Below are positions 44,518 to 53,321 of a stretch of DNA of 59,060 bases, in pieces. The translations under genes and the position numbers were made by a program. The DNA comes from a virus (taxonomy: Duplodnaviria; Caudoviricetes), in IMG/VR virus record IMGVR_UViG_3300030060_000739, positions 1-59,060 of that record. One strand, written 5' to 3'. Each line of letters begins with the position of its first letter. Positions within the stretch are counted from its first letter, which is position 1. The notes under the pieces were generated by a model that was given only the letters and a program-made list of their open reading frames with translations, was not told where the DNA came from and made no database searches.

Positions 44518-44718
44518 GTGGATCCACTTTATATACTAGATAAGTTTTTAAGAGAAGTCCGTGCACGTCAAGAAGACTTGACAGAGGTGCTTAAAACTGG
44601 TGGCGTTCAGAACTGGGAACAATACCAGCGTGTGTTAGGAGAACTTTCAGGTCTAAGTTCTGCTGAATCCATAATAATAGACCTGCAAAATAAAAGGGAG
44701 CAAGAAGATGTCAGTTGA
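44518..44718 (+). CDS. Hypothetical protein (head module)
   Basis: W..YQ...G...GL motif commonly seen upstream of phage groES. Confidence 0.65.
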   Translation: MDPLYILDKFLREVRARQEDLTEVLKTGGVQNWEQYQRVLGELSGLSSAESIIIDLQNKREQEDVS

Positions 44719-45127
44719 AAAAATACCTAGCCATGTAGAGATGGAAAGACCAGCGGAATCAAAAGAAAGGTTCACGCCTGAGAACGTGATGAGTGAGGTA
44801 GAAAAACTTCCCACACCTACAGGATACAGGCTGTTAGTTTTACCCTTTAGTCAAAAAGCTGTCACAAAGGGAGGAATACATTTATCCGACTCGTACTTAG
44901 AAAAAGAAAGGCTAGCTACTAATGTTGGTTTTATTATATCCTTGGGGGATGACGCCTACAAAGATGAGGTTAAGTTTCCTAATGGACCTTGGTGTGCAGA
45001 GGGAGACTGGGTTATTTTCGGTAGGTACGCAGGAGCTAGAATCAAAATTGATGGTGGCGACCTGCGCTTGTTAAACGATGATGAAGTGTTGGCGGTAATC
45101 GGTGAACCCGAAGACGTATCACAGTAA
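44708..45127 (+). CDS. groES: Co-chaperonin GroES-like
   Basis: P.GYRLLV, TKGGI.L, GD.V.F..YAG, LLNDDEVLAV. Confidence 0.9.
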   Translation: MSVEKIPSHVEMERPAESKERFTPENVMSEVEKLPTPTGYRLLVLPFSQKAVTKGGIHLSDSYLEKERLATNVGFIISLGDDAYKDEVKFPNGPWCAEGDWVIFGRYAGARIKIDGGDLRLLNDDEVLAVIGEPEDVSQ

Positions 45128-45147
45128 TCTCGCAGTAAGGAGCAAAC

Positions 45148-46038
45148 ATGGCAGAACCCATGCAAGATGAAGAGTTAGAAGAGTCCGTAGAGGTTGAACT
45201 GGAGCAGGAACCTGAAGAAGTTCCTGTTGAACCAGAACCCACCCCAGAACCAGAACAACCACAAGAGCAGCCCTCTCAAGAAGAAGAGATAGCTGACTAT
45301 AGTGAGTCGGTTCAAAAAAGAATAAATAAGCTCACGTTTAAAATACGAGAAGCTGAAAGAAGAGAACAAGCTGCCATAGAGTACGCTCAAAATGTTCAAG
45401 CACAGTTGAACACTGCGCAGAACTCATTATCTCAAAAAGATCAAAACCTATACGATGAATATTCTGCAAGAGTTCAAAGTCAACTCTCAGCAGCAGAAGA
45501 CCGCTATAGAAAAGCACATGATCTCGGAGAGGCAGACGAGATGCTAGCTGCACAAAAAGATGTAGCTACTTTAGCTGTAGAGCTTGAGAGTTTGAACAGG
45601 GTTAAACCTGAAGCTCAAGTTCAAGAACAGCCAGTAGCCCAACAACCTGTGCAACAACAACCTCTGCCGCAGCAACCGCCACCACCAGCAGACACAAAGG
45701 CTCAGGAGTGGGCTGCGAAAAATGAGTGGTTCGGTAAAGATTTGGCTATGACTACGAGTGCTTTTGCGTTTCATAGGCAATTAGTTGAGCATGAAGGGTT
45801 TGATCCTAGATCAGATGCTTATTATAAAGAGGTTGAAAAAAGATTGGCTGAGGCTTTCCCACATAAGTTCGAGAGCTCACCAGTAACAAACGTCCAGGAG
45901 AATGTCGCTAACTCTAGCCGAGGAGCTAGAGGTAGAACTTCTAAGGGACGCAGTATCAAGTTGAGACCCAGTGAAGTTGCGATAGCTAAGAAACTAGGTG
46001 TCCCACTTGAAGAATACGCTAAGTACGTTAAAAGATAG
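45148..46038 (+). CDS. Putative scaffolding protein
   Basis: Acidic N-terminus, coiled coil, W...N.WF, C-terminal IAKKLGV..EEYAK. Confidence 0.7.
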   Translation: MAEPMQDEELEESVEVELEQEPEEVPVEPEPTPEPEQPQEQPSQEEEIADYSESVQKRINKLTFKIREAERREQAAIEYAQNVQAQLNTAQNSLSQKDQNLYDEYSARVQSQLSAAEDRYRKAHDLGEADEMLAAQKDVATLAVELESLNRVKPEAQVQEQPVAQQPVQQQPLPQQPPPPADTKAQEWAAKNEWFGKDLAMTTSAFAFHRQLVEHEGFDPRSDAYYKEVEKRLAEAFPHKFESSPVTNVQENVANSSRGARGRTSKGRSIKLRPSEVAIAKKLGVPLEEYAKYVKR

Positions 46039-46047
46039 GAGATAAAA

Positions 46048-46527
46048 ATGGTAGATAAAGTTACCAAATCAGATCGCACTCCACGGTCTGCTGACAGCCG
46101 AGTTAAAGCAACTCGCCCAAAACCATGGCGACCACCGTCTATGTTAGACGCTCCGGAGCCACCTCCAGGTTTTGTCCACAGATGGTTACGAGAATCTATG
46201 GTCGGTCAGGATGATAAGGCGAATATGTCAAAACGTATTCGTGAAGGGTGGGAACCTGTGAGAGCAGAAGAATACCCTGACTTTGAAGCCCCGACAGTAG
46301 AAGATGGTAAGCACGCTGGGGTCATTGGTGTAGGTGGGCTCATCCTCGCTAGGATGCCGATTGAAACTGTTGAAGAAAGAAGAGCCTACTACCATGATAT
46401 GGCTCAACAACAGATGGAAGCGGTAGATAATAATCTTATGCGAGAAAGTGATAAGAGGATGCCTCTCAATAATCCTTTTGTTGATAGAAGTTCTCGAGTC
46501 ACGTTTGGCAAAGGAAGCGATTTGTAA
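46048..46527 (+). CDS. Conserved head-module protein
   Basis: W.PP..L.AP, HRWLR, REGWE.V. Confidence 0.7.
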   Translation: MVDKVTKSDRTPRSADSRVKATRPKPWRPPSMLDAPEPPPGFVHRWLRESMVGQDDKANMSKRIREGWEPVRAEEYPDFEAPTVEDGKHAGVIGVGGLILARMPIETVEERRAYYHDMAQQQMEAVDNNLMRESDKRMPLNNPFVDRSSRVTFGKGSDL

Positions 46528-46565
46528 GAATCGTTAATATTAATATTGGCTTTAAGGAATGAAGT

Positions 46566-47108
46566 ATGGCTAATGTAAATGACCCTAATGGGTTTACACC
46601 AGCATATCATAATTCTGGCGGTACTATTCGCCCCTCTGAGTTTCCTATCCAAAGTGGTGCTACTGGCGATATCTTTTCAGGTGACGTCGTTAAGCTGACA
46701 AGCGGATATGTTCTTCAAGGGGGAGCGACTGATGCTCCGTTAGGTGTGTTTGGTGGTTGTGAATACCAAGACACCACAGGTGAAGTTATTTTCACCCGTA
46801 GGTTTGTTTCTGGGACCACAACTCTGGGCTCTGCAGATATCAAAGCGTATGTGTATACAGACCCCAACATTGTGTACGAGGCCCAGTTTACTGGAACTCC
46901 TACTCAAGCAGATGTTGGTAAAGTACACACTATCTCTACGACTGCAGGGGATACTAACAACAACCGTTCTAAAGAAGGTGTTACTACAACTACCAATAGC
47001 GGCATAGCAAAATTAGTTGCATACGTTGGTCGACCCAACAATACAGCTAACGCTGAGTTCGCTCGAGGGTACTTTGTATTCCCAGCTTCTACGTTCGGTA
47101 ACGATTAA
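46566..47108 (+). CDS. Putative capsid decoration protein
   Basis: MAN...P.G, IF.GD.V, GVF.GC.Y; directly upstream of the MCP. Confidence 0.6.
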   Translation: MANVNDPNGFTPAYHNSGGTIRPSEFPIQSGATGDIFSGDVVKLTSGYVLQGGATDAPLGVFGGCEYQDTTGEVIFTRRFVSGTTTLGSADIKAYVYTDPNIVYEAQFTGTPTQADVGKVHTISTTAGDTNNNRSKEGVTTTTNSGIAKLVAYVGRPNNTANAEFARGYFVFPASTFGND

Positions 47109-47120
47109 GGGGATTAAAAA

Positions 47121-48029
47121 GTGGCTATAAATAGAGCTCAACTTGTAAAAGAACTCGAGCCAGGACTGAACGCACTTTTCGGTCTCGAGTATAATCGTTA
47201 CGAGAACGAGCACGCTGAAATTTTCGATACGGAAACTTCAGACCGTGCTTTTGAAGAAGAGGTGATGTTGTCAGGTTTTGCGCAAGCTCCTACTAAAGGG
47301 GAAGGTGCAGCAGTGACTTATGACACAGCACAAGAAACCTTCACTTCTCGTTATACCCATGAAACTGTTGCTCTGGCTTTCTCACTAACGGAAGAAGCTA
47401 TCGAAGATAATCTCTACGATACACTCTCTTCTCGTTACACGAGAGCACTAGCACGTTCTATGGCAAGTACGAAGCAGGTAAAAGCTGCTAACGTGTTAAA
47501 TAACGGCTTCTCAACCTCCTTCCCAGGAGGTGACGGTAAGCCTCTCATGACTACTGACCACCCTACGCTTACTGCGGGTGATCAAAGGAATGAGCCTAGC
47601 ACAGCTGCAGACTTGAACGAAACTTCGTTAGAGAATGCTTTGATAGATATCTCTGCGTTTCAGGACGAAAGAGGAATCAAAGTAAATGTGCAAGCTAGAA
47701 AGCTGATTATTCCACCACAGCTACAATTTGTAGCAGACAGGATATTAAACTCTCCTGGTCGAGTGGCTACGTCAGATAACGACATCAATGCCATGAGAAA
47801 CATGGGCATGCTGCCGGAAGGCTATGTCGTAAACCATTACCTAACGGACACGGATGCGTTCTTTATTAAGACTGACGCACCTAACGGTCTCAAGCATTTT
47901 GAGAGATCACCAATGTCCACAGGTATGGAAGGGGACTTTGAAACTGGTAACGTTCGATACAAGGCGAGAGAAAGATACTCTTTCGGCTTCAGTGATTGGC
48001 GTGCCATTTTTGGTTCTCCTGGTGCATAA
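47121..48029 (+). CDS. Major capsid protein (Mu gpT-like, HK97 fold)
   Basis: RAQL.KELEPGLNALFG, S.RAFEEE, RERYSFG.SD.R; followed by a strong terminator. Confidence 0.85.
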   Translation: MAINRAQLVKELEPGLNALFGLEYNRYENEHAEIFDTETSDRAFEEEVMLSGFAQAPTKGEGAAVTYDTAQETFTSRYTHETVALAFSLTEEAIEDNLYDTLSSRYTRALARSMASTKQVKAANVLNNGFSTSFPGGDGKPLMTTDHPTLTAGDQRNEPSTAADLNETSLENALIDISAFQDERGIKVNVQARKLIIPPQLQFVADRILNSPGRVATSDNDINAMRNMGMLPEGYVVNHYLTDTDAFFIKTDAPNGLKHFERSPMSTGMEGDFETGNVRYKARERYSFGFSDWRAIFGSPGA

Positions 48030-48050
48030 AAACGATTTAACATAATCGTT

Positions 48051-48080
48051 AGAAAGGGATCTTAGGATCCCTTTCTTTTT
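48051..48080 (+). terminator. Intrinsic terminator after MCP
   Basis: agaaagggatc-ttag-gatccctttct-tttt. Confidence 0.85.
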
Positions 48081-48104
48081 GCATATCGCTACTATAGAAT
48101 AATT

Positions 48105-48166
48105 TTCTAGGCTAACAACTTGCTTTATAGACTGACCTAGCAGACAATGCCAAGACTATAGAGCTT
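48105..48166 (+). ncRNA. Candidate pseudoknotted RNA element downstream of MCP
   Basis: gctttatag/ctatagagc stem, inner gca/tgc, ctagg(48107)/cctag(48136) pairing. Confidence 0.45.
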
Positions 48167-48181
48167 TCCTGAGGAGGAAAA

Positions 48182-48802
48182 ATGGCAAACTCAACATTCA
48201 GCGGTCCAGTCCGCTCCAAAAATGGTTTTGAAACAATATCGGAAAACGCAACTACTGGTGCTATAACTGTAACCAGTGGTACTAAAATGGCTGTAGAAGC
48301 TACAGCTAGTGCTGGTATTGAAGGTACTGCAGCAGTTTATGTTACGCAAGTAAACAGACTGAAGAGCGATACTGACACTAACGTCAATATCGTTAAAACA
48401 ACTATCATGATCGACTTAACTGGGTTGAAAGATGGCGGCACCGCTGGTGATATTATCGGTAAAGATGGCTCTGGTGTTGCGTTTATCGGTCAAGTAACAA
48501 CAGCTAACCAAGGCACAGTCTTCGGAGTAACCATGACTTGTCTAGAGACTCCCGCTGGTGGAAGCACAGACATCGACTTATTCTCTGCTACAGAAGGTAC
48601 AGGTGTAAACGACACAGCTATCACAGCACTAACAGAAACTCAAATCATCAACGCTGGAGCAGCTTCTGCCGGTACGATGGTCGCTGGCGGTGATATAGCT
48701 GCTGATCAGTTTTTGTATCTCGTAAGCCAAGGTACTGGAGACGCTGCTTACACCGCTGGACGTTTCTTGATTGAAATTACAGGGTTTGACGCAGCATCCT
48801 AA
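48182..48802 (+). CDS. Virion structural protein
   Basis: MAN.TFSGPVRS start; T/G/A-rich; strong RBS. Confidence 0.65.
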   Translation: MANSTFSGPVRSKNGFETISENATTGAITVTSGTKMAVEATASAGIEGTAAVYVTQVNRLKSDTDTNVNIVKTTIMIDLTGLKDGGTAGDIIGKDGSGVAFIGQVTTANQGTVFGVTMTCLETPAGGSTDIDLFSATEGTGVNDTAITALTETQIINAGAASAGTMVAGGDIAADQFLYLVSQGTGDAAYTAGRFLIEITGFDAAS

Positions 48803-48813
48803 AGGAGTGAATC

Positions 48814-49224
48814 ATGGCTGATGCAGTCACATCTACAGAAATCCTAGACGGAGATAAAGATCTCATAGTGCAACTCACAAACGTGAGCGACGGTACAGGA
48901 GAATCCGCTGTTACTAAGATAGACGTAAGCGCACTCGCAGCAAGAGCATCCGATGGGGCAGCTTGCACTGGTGTTAAGTTAGCTAAAGTTTATTACAGTA
49001 TAATGGATTTTTCCTCTGTCTTACTAGAGTGGGACGCTACTAGCAACACCTTGTGTATAGAGCTAAACCCAAACGCTGATGGTATTTTAGACTTCAGCGA
49101 CTTCGGGGGTCTTCAAAACACTTCTGGTAGTGGTAAGACAGGAGATATAGCTCTAACTACTGTGGGGGCTAGTAACGGAGACACGTATCTAATAGTTCTA
49201 CACTGCACTAAGACATATGCCTGA
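48814..49224 (+). CDS. Virion structural protein
   Basis: MADAVTS..N.SDGTGE...K.DVSAL. Confidence 0.65.
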   Translation: MADAVTSTEILDGDKDLIVQLTNVSDGTGESAVTKIDVSALAARASDGAACTGVKLAKVYYSIMDFSSVLLEWDATSNTLCIELNPNADGILDFSDFGGLQNTSGSGKTGDIALTTVGASNGDTYLIVLHCTKTYA

Positions 49225-49901
49225 TGTCGACTTCAGGCACTAAAACTTTCCAGCTCACTATCGCTGACACTATTGAAGAAGCGTATGAGCTGGCTGGTTT
49301 AGAACTTAGAACTGGTTACGATGCGGAGACTGCAAGAAGGTCTCTAAACATAATGTTTGCAGACTGGGCTAATCGTGGTGTTAACTTGTGGACCATTGAG
49401 CAGGTTACAACTAATTTATCTGCCGGTACTAACAGTTACACGTTAAATTCTTTTGATGTAGACATAGTCTCCGCTGTTATCCGTCAGATAGATTCTTCTT
49501 CTAACACTACAGATCTACAGCTAACCCGGATCGGTAGGTCTGAGTATCTGAACATACCCGATAAGTCTGCCACTGGTAGACCTAACCAGTATTTTCTTGA
49601 TAGACAAACTACACCTGTTCTTAATATCTGGCCAACGCCGGACTCTGTGAACACATATCGTTTTGTAGCAAACACTATACAGCGTATTGATGATGTAACA
49701 GCCTCGGCTCAAGACCCAGAGGTGCCGTCAAGATTTATGCCCTGTATGGCTAGTGGGCTAGCATACTATATCGCTTTGAAGAGGAATCCGGAAAAAGCTG
49801 GAATTTTAAAGGCCCAGTACGAACAGGATTTTAAATTAGCTGCGGATGAAGATAGAAATCGTGCTTCACTACACCTAGTTCCAAGAAGGACTTATCTTTA
49901 G
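49224..49901 (+). CDS. Head-tail adaptor-like protein
   Basis: IEEAYE..G, ARRSLN...WANRG.NLW, GRP.QY, WP.PD, GLAYY. Confidence 0.65.
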   Translation: MSTSGTKTFQLTIADTIEEAYELAGLELRTGYDAETARRSLNIMFADWANRGVNLWTIEQVTTNLSAGTNSYTLNSFDVDIVSAVIRQIDSSSNTTDLQLTRIGRSEYLNIPDKSATGRPNQYFLDRQTTPVLNIWPTPDSVNTYRFVANTIQRIDDVTASAQDPEVPSRFMPCMASGLAYYIALKRNPEKAGILKAQYEQDFKLAADEDRNRASLHLVPRRTYL

Positions 49902-50263
49902 TGGCATATGCTGTAGGTAAATATTCTAGAGCTCAGTGTGACCGTTGTGGTTTTGTCTATAAGTATTTAGATCTAAAAATGCAGTGGAACGGACTCAAGG
50001 TTTGTTATGAGTGTTATGAAACTAAACACCCGCAACTTGAGCCACAGAATGTTAGACCAGACCCCGAGGCACTTTACCAACCCAGACCTACGGAGTTACC
50101 TCCCACTACTGGATACGGTATAGTTAGGTCTGAAAACACAAAAGACTCAAACGGTGTTACTGGGCTTTCTATGAATGTAACACATAATGACACGATTGGT
50201 TCTAGTTTTTTCATGGACCAACTTACAGGAAGCGTAGGCACAGTCACTGTAACTACCGGATAA
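49901..50263 (+). CDS. Zn-ribbon neck-module protein
   Basis: CDRCGF...W.GL.VC.EC...KHPQ. Confidence 0.65.
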   Translation: MAYAVGKYSRAQCDRCGFVYKYLDLKMQWNGLKVCYECYETKHPQLEPQNVRPDPEALYQPRPTELPPTTGYGIVRSENTKDSNGVTGLSMNVTHNDTIGSSFFMDQLTGSVGTVTVTTG

Positions 50264-50267
50264 TTAA

Positions 50268-50918
50268 ATGACCTATACATTATCCAGCTTAAAATCTTCT
50301 TTACAAGACTATGCTGAGTCTACTGAGACAACTTTTGTTTCTCATTTAGATGATTTTATTAAAACATCAGAAGAGAGAATACTGAAAGCTGTTCAGCTGG
50401 ATGATTTTATTAAAAACGTAAAAGGAACAGCGACATCGGGCTCCTCTTTTTTAGGAACACCCACTGACTATCTTTCTTCTTTTAGTTTAGCTGTCATAGA
50501 TTCTAGTTCTAATTACAACTATTTATTATTAAAACACCCAAGTTTTATTCGGGATTTTACACCCGCAGAGGCCACCACAGGCTTACCTAAATATTATTCT
50601 GAGTTTGATAGTAACACTTTTCAGTTAGCACCAGCACCGAACGCTAACCTAGTATTTGAGTTACATTATTTCTACAGACCATCATCTCTTACTTCAGCAG
50701 GTGACTCAGGATCAACATGGTTATCTACAAACGCACCCAACGCTTTACTGTATGGAGCACTCGTAGAAGCCATGATGTATTTGAAAAATTATGAGACAAC
50801 ACCAATCTATGAGCAAAGGTTTCAAGAAGCATTAGCTTTGATGAAGAACCTCGGGGAAGGTAAATCTACCCGAGACCAATATAGATACGACCAAGTAAGG
50901 AGAACCCCTCAAGCATGA
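50268..50918 (+). CDS. Adaptor/tail protein
   Basis: G.PKYY, LAP.P, TWLS.NAP..LLYG.L.EA. Confidence 0.65.
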   Translation: MTYTLSSLKSSLQDYAESTETTFVSHLDDFIKTSEERILKAVQLDDFIKNVKGTATSGSSFLGTPTDYLSSFSLAVIDSSSNYNYLLLKHPSFIRDFTPAEATTGLPKYYSEFDSNTFQLAPAPNANLVFELHYFYRPSSLTSAGDSGSTWLSTNAPNALLYGALVEAMMYLKNYETTPIYEQRFQEALALMKNLGEGKSTRDQYRYDQVRRTPQA

Positions 50919-51652
50919 AACAATCTAATCTTGACGGTGCGAATATCGCTATCGTCGCTATGGGTGAGAGTCAGTTAGATTATCATTTATCAGTATCCCA
51001 CGGACACGAGTTTGATGAAGTCTGGGCTATAAACGCTATGGCCGGTATCGCTAGACAGGTTGATAAAACTTTTATGCTAGATCCGGCTAGTCGGTTTTTA
51101 GACACAGACGATGCGGGGTCACAGACTCACCTGATGAAGAAAGTTTTAAAAGAACACCCAGGACCAATATATACCTGTGAGTTAGATGATAGGTGTGATA
51201 ACCTAGTTGAGTTTCCTTTGCTAGATGTTGTGAAAGAGACAGGAAGTTCTTACTTAAATAACACAGTGGCTTTTGCTGTGGCGTTCGCTATGTACAATCG
51301 TGTGGGTAGAATTAATATGTTTGGTGTTGATTTTACCTACAAAGGTAATCTTCACTTTGCAGAAGCAGGTAGAGCTTGTGTAGAGTTCTGGCTTTCTAAA
51401 TGTATTTCTGCAGGCATAGTAGTGAGTGTCGCTCCTAGGTCTGGTTTACTAGACACAGATTTACCCATACAGGAAAAAATATATGGTTATCACAGACTCG
51501 ACAACCCTCCTGTAATATTATTTGATCCAGATACTGGAGACTTTTATAAAACAGGGCATAAAGAGTATGTTCATTCTATAGAAGAAGAAAACAGAAAGAA
51601 TGCCAAAGTTATACCTATATTAGATACACCGCCCGAAGCAAAAAGATACTGA
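50915..51652 (+). CDS. Putative sialyltransferase/MptE(DUF115)-like-fold enzyme
   Basis: IAIVAMGES, EVWAIN, NT..FA...A, I.MFGVDF. Confidence 0.5.
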   Translation: MKQSNLDGANIAIVAMGESQLDYHLSVSHGHEFDEVWAINAMAGIARQVDKTFMLDPASRFLDTDDAGSQTHLMKKVLKEHPGPIYTCELDDRCDNLVEFPLLDVVKETGSSYLNNTVAFAVAFAMYNRVGRINMFGVDFTYKGNLHFAEAGRACVEFWLSKCISAGIVVSVAPRSGLLDTDLPIQEKIYGYHRLDNPPVILFDPDTGDFYKTGHKEYVHSIEEENRKNAKVIPILDTPPEAKRY

Positions 51653-51942
51653 TGATCGAGATAGACACAGTTAGCAGTATCGGCAGCGTTTTAGTCAATA
51701 CTCAAAACTTTAGAGGACACCCTCCCGAATATTGGGCTGAGCGAGCCACAGAAAGAATATGCGGCATCTCAGAGTTTGCGGAAGGACATGTTAGGCAACA
51801 AGCAGAAGAGTATCGACTAGCTATTTACAACACAATATTGTACTATATTCAAGAAAGCATCAGTAGTGAGAAGTGCACGATGCGAAACAAACTGTCTCAA
51901 CAGGGACACGAAGATTTAGCGAAAATTTTATCGGAGTTATAG
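51652..51942 (+). CDS. Hypothetical protein
   Basis: RGH.PE..A...QA..Y; coupled ORF. Confidence 0.6.
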   Translation: MIEIDTVSSIGSVLVNTQNFRGHPPEYWAERATERICGISEFAEGHVRQQAEEYRLAIYNTILYYIQESISSEKCTMRNKLSQQGHEDLAKILSEL

Positions 51943-51944
51943 TA

Positions 51945-52373
51945 ATGGCGATTACATCAACATTAACAACCAGTTTTAAAAAAGAGCTTTTAGAGGCAGT
52001 TCATAATTTTAAAAACTCTGGTGGAGACACTTTTAAATTAGCTCTGTACACAAGCTCGGCCACGTTAGGTGCAGCGACAACAGCTTTCACCACCACTAAC
52101 CAAGCGAGTGGTACAAACTACACTTCAGGAGGTAATAACCTGACTAGAGTAGACCCCACTAGCAGTGGAACTACTGGATTTACAGACTTTGCTGACTTGA
52201 CTTTTGGCACAGCTACAGTCACAGCCAGAGGATGCATGATTTATAATAGCACAGATTCTAACGCCTCTGTAGCAACTATAGATTTTGGTGGAGATAAAAC
52301 ATCCACCGCAGGAGATTTTACTATAGTTTTTCCAGCAGCTGCAGCCAGCACAGCTATTATCAGAATAGCTTAA
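51945..52373 (+). CDS. Tail structural protein
   Basis: SFK.ELL...HNF, FKLALY, ARG..IYN, DFG.DK. Confidence 0.7.
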   Translation: MAITSTLTTSFKKELLEAVHNFKNSGGDTFKLALYTSSATLGAATTAFTTTNQASGTNYTSGGNNLTRVDPTSSGTTGFTDFADLTFGTATVTARGCMIYNSTDSNASVATIDFGGDKTSTAGDFTIVFPAAAASTAIIRIA

Positions 52374-52380
52374 ATAAGAC

Positions 52381-53271
52381 ATGTCTACGGGTTGGGGTCG
52401 CGGAACTTGGGGTTCCGGAGGTTGGTCCTCTGACGCTGTTTCCGTTACTCTTACTGGTGTTTCTGCCACTGGTGCAGTAGGTTCTCCAACACCGGATGCA
52501 GAAGCCAATGTAACCCTCTCAGGTTTATCTAGTACAGGCTCAGTCGGGTCTGTTACGATAGTCGCTAAAGCCAGTGTAAGTCTTTCAGGTCAGTCTGGTA
52601 CAGGTGCAGTAGGATCTACTGCCCCTACAGGAAAAGCTAATGTAACTCCGACTACTTTAGTAGGAACTACAGGAGCACCAGTAGCTGGTGTAAATGCTCA
52701 AGCTATAGCATCTATCGCTGGTGCTGTAGGAACAGTTGGTTCTGTTTCGGTAGATGTGGACGGAGAGGCTAATGTCTCTGTGGATGGTCAAGCTGCCACC
52801 GCTAGTGTCGGTTCAGTAACGGTACACCATAATGCAGTAGCTACGCTTTCTGGCGTGGCGGGCACAAGTGCTTTAGGTACCACTACTACTGTAGCAAAAG
52901 CTAATGTCAGTCCTTCCGGTGTCGCAGCTACAGGCTCTGTCGGATCGCCGACAGTAACCGGAAAAGCAAATGTTTCACCCACAGGTGTTGCGGGCACAAG
53001 TTCTTTAGGTTCTGTTAGTATTGCTCTAGGAATTACCCTACAGGTAACAGGACAAGAAGGCACAAGTGCTCTGGGTTCAGTAAGCATAGTTTCTAAAGCG
53101 AGTGTTACTTTAGATGGCGTATCGGGAACTACAGGCACACCAACAGTTTTAGTCTGGGGTCTGGTTGATGATAGCCAAGACCCAAGCTGGTCCGCGATAG
53201 ATGATAGTCAAACTCCAAGCTGGACCGCAGTAAGTGACAGTCAAGATCCTGGTTGGGAAGATGTCGCTTAA
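52381..53271 (+). CDS. G/S/T/V-rich tail fibre-associated repeat protein
   Basis: ~23-aa repeats V...G...TG.VGS; C-terminal DDSQ.P.W x3. Confidence 0.7.
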   Translation: MSTGWGRGTWGSGGWSSDAVSVTLTGVSATGAVGSPTPDAEANVTLSGLSSTGSVGSVTIVAKASVSLSGQSGTGAVGSTAPTGKANVTPTTLVGTTGAPVAGVNAQAIASIAGAVGTVGSVSVDVDGEANVSVDGQAATASVGSVTVHHNAVATLSGVAGTSALGTTTTVAKANVSPSGVAATGSVGSPTVTGKANVSPTGVAGTSSLGSVSIALGITLQVTGQEGTSALGSVSIVSKASVTLDGVSGTTGTPTVLVWGLVDDSQDPSWSAIDDSQTPSWTAVSDSQDPGWEDVA

Positions 53272-53321
53272 CTATACAAATAAAAAGTATTATAATCTTA
53301 ATAAGAACAGAGGATTAAAGT

